Program-made: the position numbers and the translations under genes
Notes under the pieces: model-generated
Told to the model about the DNA's origin: nothing
The model's input: the letters and a program-made list of their open reading frames with translations, nothing else
Database searches by the model: none
Source: Mytilus californianus
Lineage: Eukaryota
Length of the DNA: 64,000 nucleotides
NCBI RefSeq assembly: GCF_021869535.1
Contig: NW_026262734.1
Location: 40,088,487-40,152,486, forward strand
Direction: 5' to 3'
Shown here: positions 61,065 to 64,000 of the stretch, piece by piece
How positions within the stretch are numbered: the stretch's first letter is position 1
Layout of the letters: each line of letters begins with the position of its first letter

Positions 61065-64000
61065 CCTAGTTTTAATTGCCTTAAAACTGCTCTTTCACTT
61101 GGAATATTGCATTGTACATATTAAAAATAATTAATTGGCAAATTGCACTCATATAGGTCAAGCAAAAAAACAAAACATATAAGATAGAATATGACACAAT
61201 ATTAACACAACAGTCAAGCATTACAAGTTTAAACATAATGACAGGATGTTGTTTTATACATAAAATTATACTAGAATAGAATACTTCGCTCAATTCTTTA
61301 TGATTTTTTAATATCATTAAAACCCTTCTTTTAACATCTTCCATGCAAGTGTCTGATTTTAATAAATAAATAACTAAACGGATTAAAAATATGAGGTATA
61401 ATGTTTAAAGATTAATAAATTGTTGATGTACATAATATACGAAATTATTAATTGCTTCCCGTATTGAAATTCTTAGAGACTACACACAGAAAAAACCATA
61501 AGGAACATCATGATATTTGTTTCAGTCAATTTGACGGATAACGTCCACCACAGGAAAATACTAGTATGTTTTTTGGTAAAGATATTTACACAAACATGAC
61601 ATCATTAAACTGTAAATTCTTTTGGTATACGTTTTTGCCCAACTTGTCCATGGTTTTTCTGTTAGACAAAAAAATATGCTGTGGTTCATTGACAAGACGA
61701 TTAATATACATCATAGATGGAAGATTAATATAAGTAGGGATATCACAACGTGGGTTGTTCAGTTTATGATATTCATTGTTTACTCTTTCCCACTGTTAAT
61801 CCAGATTTAATTATTCTGTTACATATTACTCTGGCTCTTGCTATCTTGCAAATGAGTTAAAACCCTTTCCCAAGAATTCCCTTCTTTCTCAATATATTCT
61901 AAATCATACATCTCAAATACAAACTGACTATTTTTTTGTTGCCATTTCTTCATTTTTCACTCAGAAAGACACCCGTTTCACCCGTTTAAAAATATTTATA
62001 ATATACCTCATGTATTGTTGCTGCCGAAGGTATTTGAGCATTTATCAATAAGTATAATTTCATATTGGGTCTGAAGCTTAATAATGTAAAATTGTTCTAG
62101 ATCGCTGTACAGCCATTTTCTAAATCCATTAATTTTTGTCAATTTTTTACAAACTTTTATAAGTAAGCATACTTCATTGTTTTGAATTTAATGACCACCG
62201 CTTCCGGTTTCATTCGATGTATTTTACGAATGCTGGGGCTGTATAGACAAGGGACATCTTTTGTGTAAACAAAGTTTGACATCTTATGCATCTTCGTGTT
62301 TTAATTTATTATTCCTCCTTACAGAACAGAAATTGATATATTAAGATTGTAAATATAAAATGAATGAATGTGACAATGAAAAATACAAAACTGTCAAAAT
62401 TTGATATTGAGGTCAAAGTTAATTGATCTTTTCGGATCTATTTAAACGTATATAAAGAGATGAGTGCCTAATTTTAGTCGTAAATAATAATGTATTTTAG
62501 TCATTTTGTCAGCCTTAAAAACGGTTAACAAATTATGAAATTCATATATCAAGCAAGCTGTACCAGGAGAAAGAGGTTGATAACAGACCTTTAACTCATG
62601 CCAAACAAAGGCATTATGGACACCAATTTGTATTAGGTACACCTCAGAGCACCTCTGGATACACCTTATATCTCTTTCTTACAGTTATTTTATTTAAATA
62701 ATAGCGTTCATTCCATTACAAAATAGAAAAAAAAAAGTATGTTTATAAAAGACAAGAAAAACCCGACTTCTGGTTGAATTCAGTATTTTCATAAAAGAAA
62801 AAATCCAAGAGGGGAAAATTTTGTTATGTATTACGAACTGAAATTGTTAAATACTAATTTTATTCATCTACACATTCATTTATTTTACCATAGAACAAGG
62901 AAGAGATTTCATTACATTATTTGATATCATACTTGAAGTACATCTTGTGAAAGGTAAATGGATAAACAATCAACGATTTATTGTTTGATGTTTTTTCTCG
63001 CCATTATGTTTACGATCAGAACCATTTTGTATAATTATGTGGCACTTGTAGATGTAACAATATGACAATAAAACGTTGTAATGTACTCGACGCCTATACA
63101 TGTCATTTTTATATTTTGACATTTGTAGTAGAACATGTTATTGTCAACATGAAGTAAACGTTACAAACAATACACCTTCTTGGCTAATAAATGTTGCATA
63201 CCACACAATATTGTTAAAACGTATCTCATTTGTTAATAGTTGACGAGATTCCTCATAACGGAAACTGTATCATGCAACATTCAAGTTAATGTGACAATTC
63301 TTGCTATCATACGCGTCATTTGGTCTCTGGTAGATAGTTGCCTCATTAAAAATCATACCACAAGCCCTTTTTCATACTTATACATACGAATAAACTAATG
63401 AATGTCATGTAAATACCAATAATTCAGGCTTCGGAAATTTTACAGAAATATTGAACACAAAATCTTGTAAGAAATATAGGGATCTACAGCATATCAAAAA
63501 TATACATGTTTCGTAATATCTTATATGCCCAAATAAGAAAAGCATTTGTCTTGAATAAAAAAATGCAAGGACGTCAGTTTATGCTATTAAACGTCCTTTT
63601 GGTCCAAGCTACTATAATAGCTGAATAAATATATGGATGGTAATACCACAGGGTTGTCCCTTTCCTCGTCTATTATACCTCATGTATAGTATAGAATAGC
63701 CATAATATCATCAAGGGTGTTAACATTTAGAATATATAAGTATCGTAATACAATGTCAAGAGGAAGACGGTATTAAAACTAAATTATTTAAAAAAAAAAT
63801 TTCAACCAAATTATTTTACTCCATCTTTAATGAACATTTGTTTTGTCTTCTAAAATAATGACAGTTGTGTCATATGTTGTATTAACATCTGCATTTTTGA
63901 CATTGTTTATGGCGTAACTTATATATTATTAGATTTACCAACATTCTCCCCGTCTATTCAGAATGTGATCGTATGTTTAATCAATATAAATACTATCTCA

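Overview
This window is eukaryotic nuclear DNA, not prokaryotic. It is AT-rich (roughly one-third GC), has GT-AG introns and is dense in repeats. Gene content and repeat families suggest a mollusc, probably a bivalve; that is an inference. Two protein-coding genes are supportable. The first is a complete 12-exon major vault protein (MVP) gene on the minus strand (CDS 9910 down to 1698, 860 aa predicted). The second is a 4-exon plus-strand gene (41557-46452) encoding a secreted protein with one VWA domain and two peritrophin-A (CBM14) chitin-binding domains, the architecture of Pif/BMSP-type shell-matrix proteins. The ~30 kb between them is transposon- and satellite-rich. It holds a ~3.8 kb foldback element and a TIR element with 6-bp flanking direct repeats. 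It also holds an ~8.5 kb diverged palindrome of head-to-head ~185-bp satellite arrays carrying a TA-flanked MITE and an inverted leader segment. Also present are a frameshifted Tc1-like transposase fragment, two degenerate tRNA-like units, two leader-plus-tandem-array composite repeats and at least eight copies of a SINE/MITE-like family. Three MVP introns begin or end with tandem duplications of the adjacent exon/intron junction. No rRNA, CRISPR or prokaryotic defence-type system is present. Intergenic regions may hide further spliced genes that a six-frame read cannot resolve.
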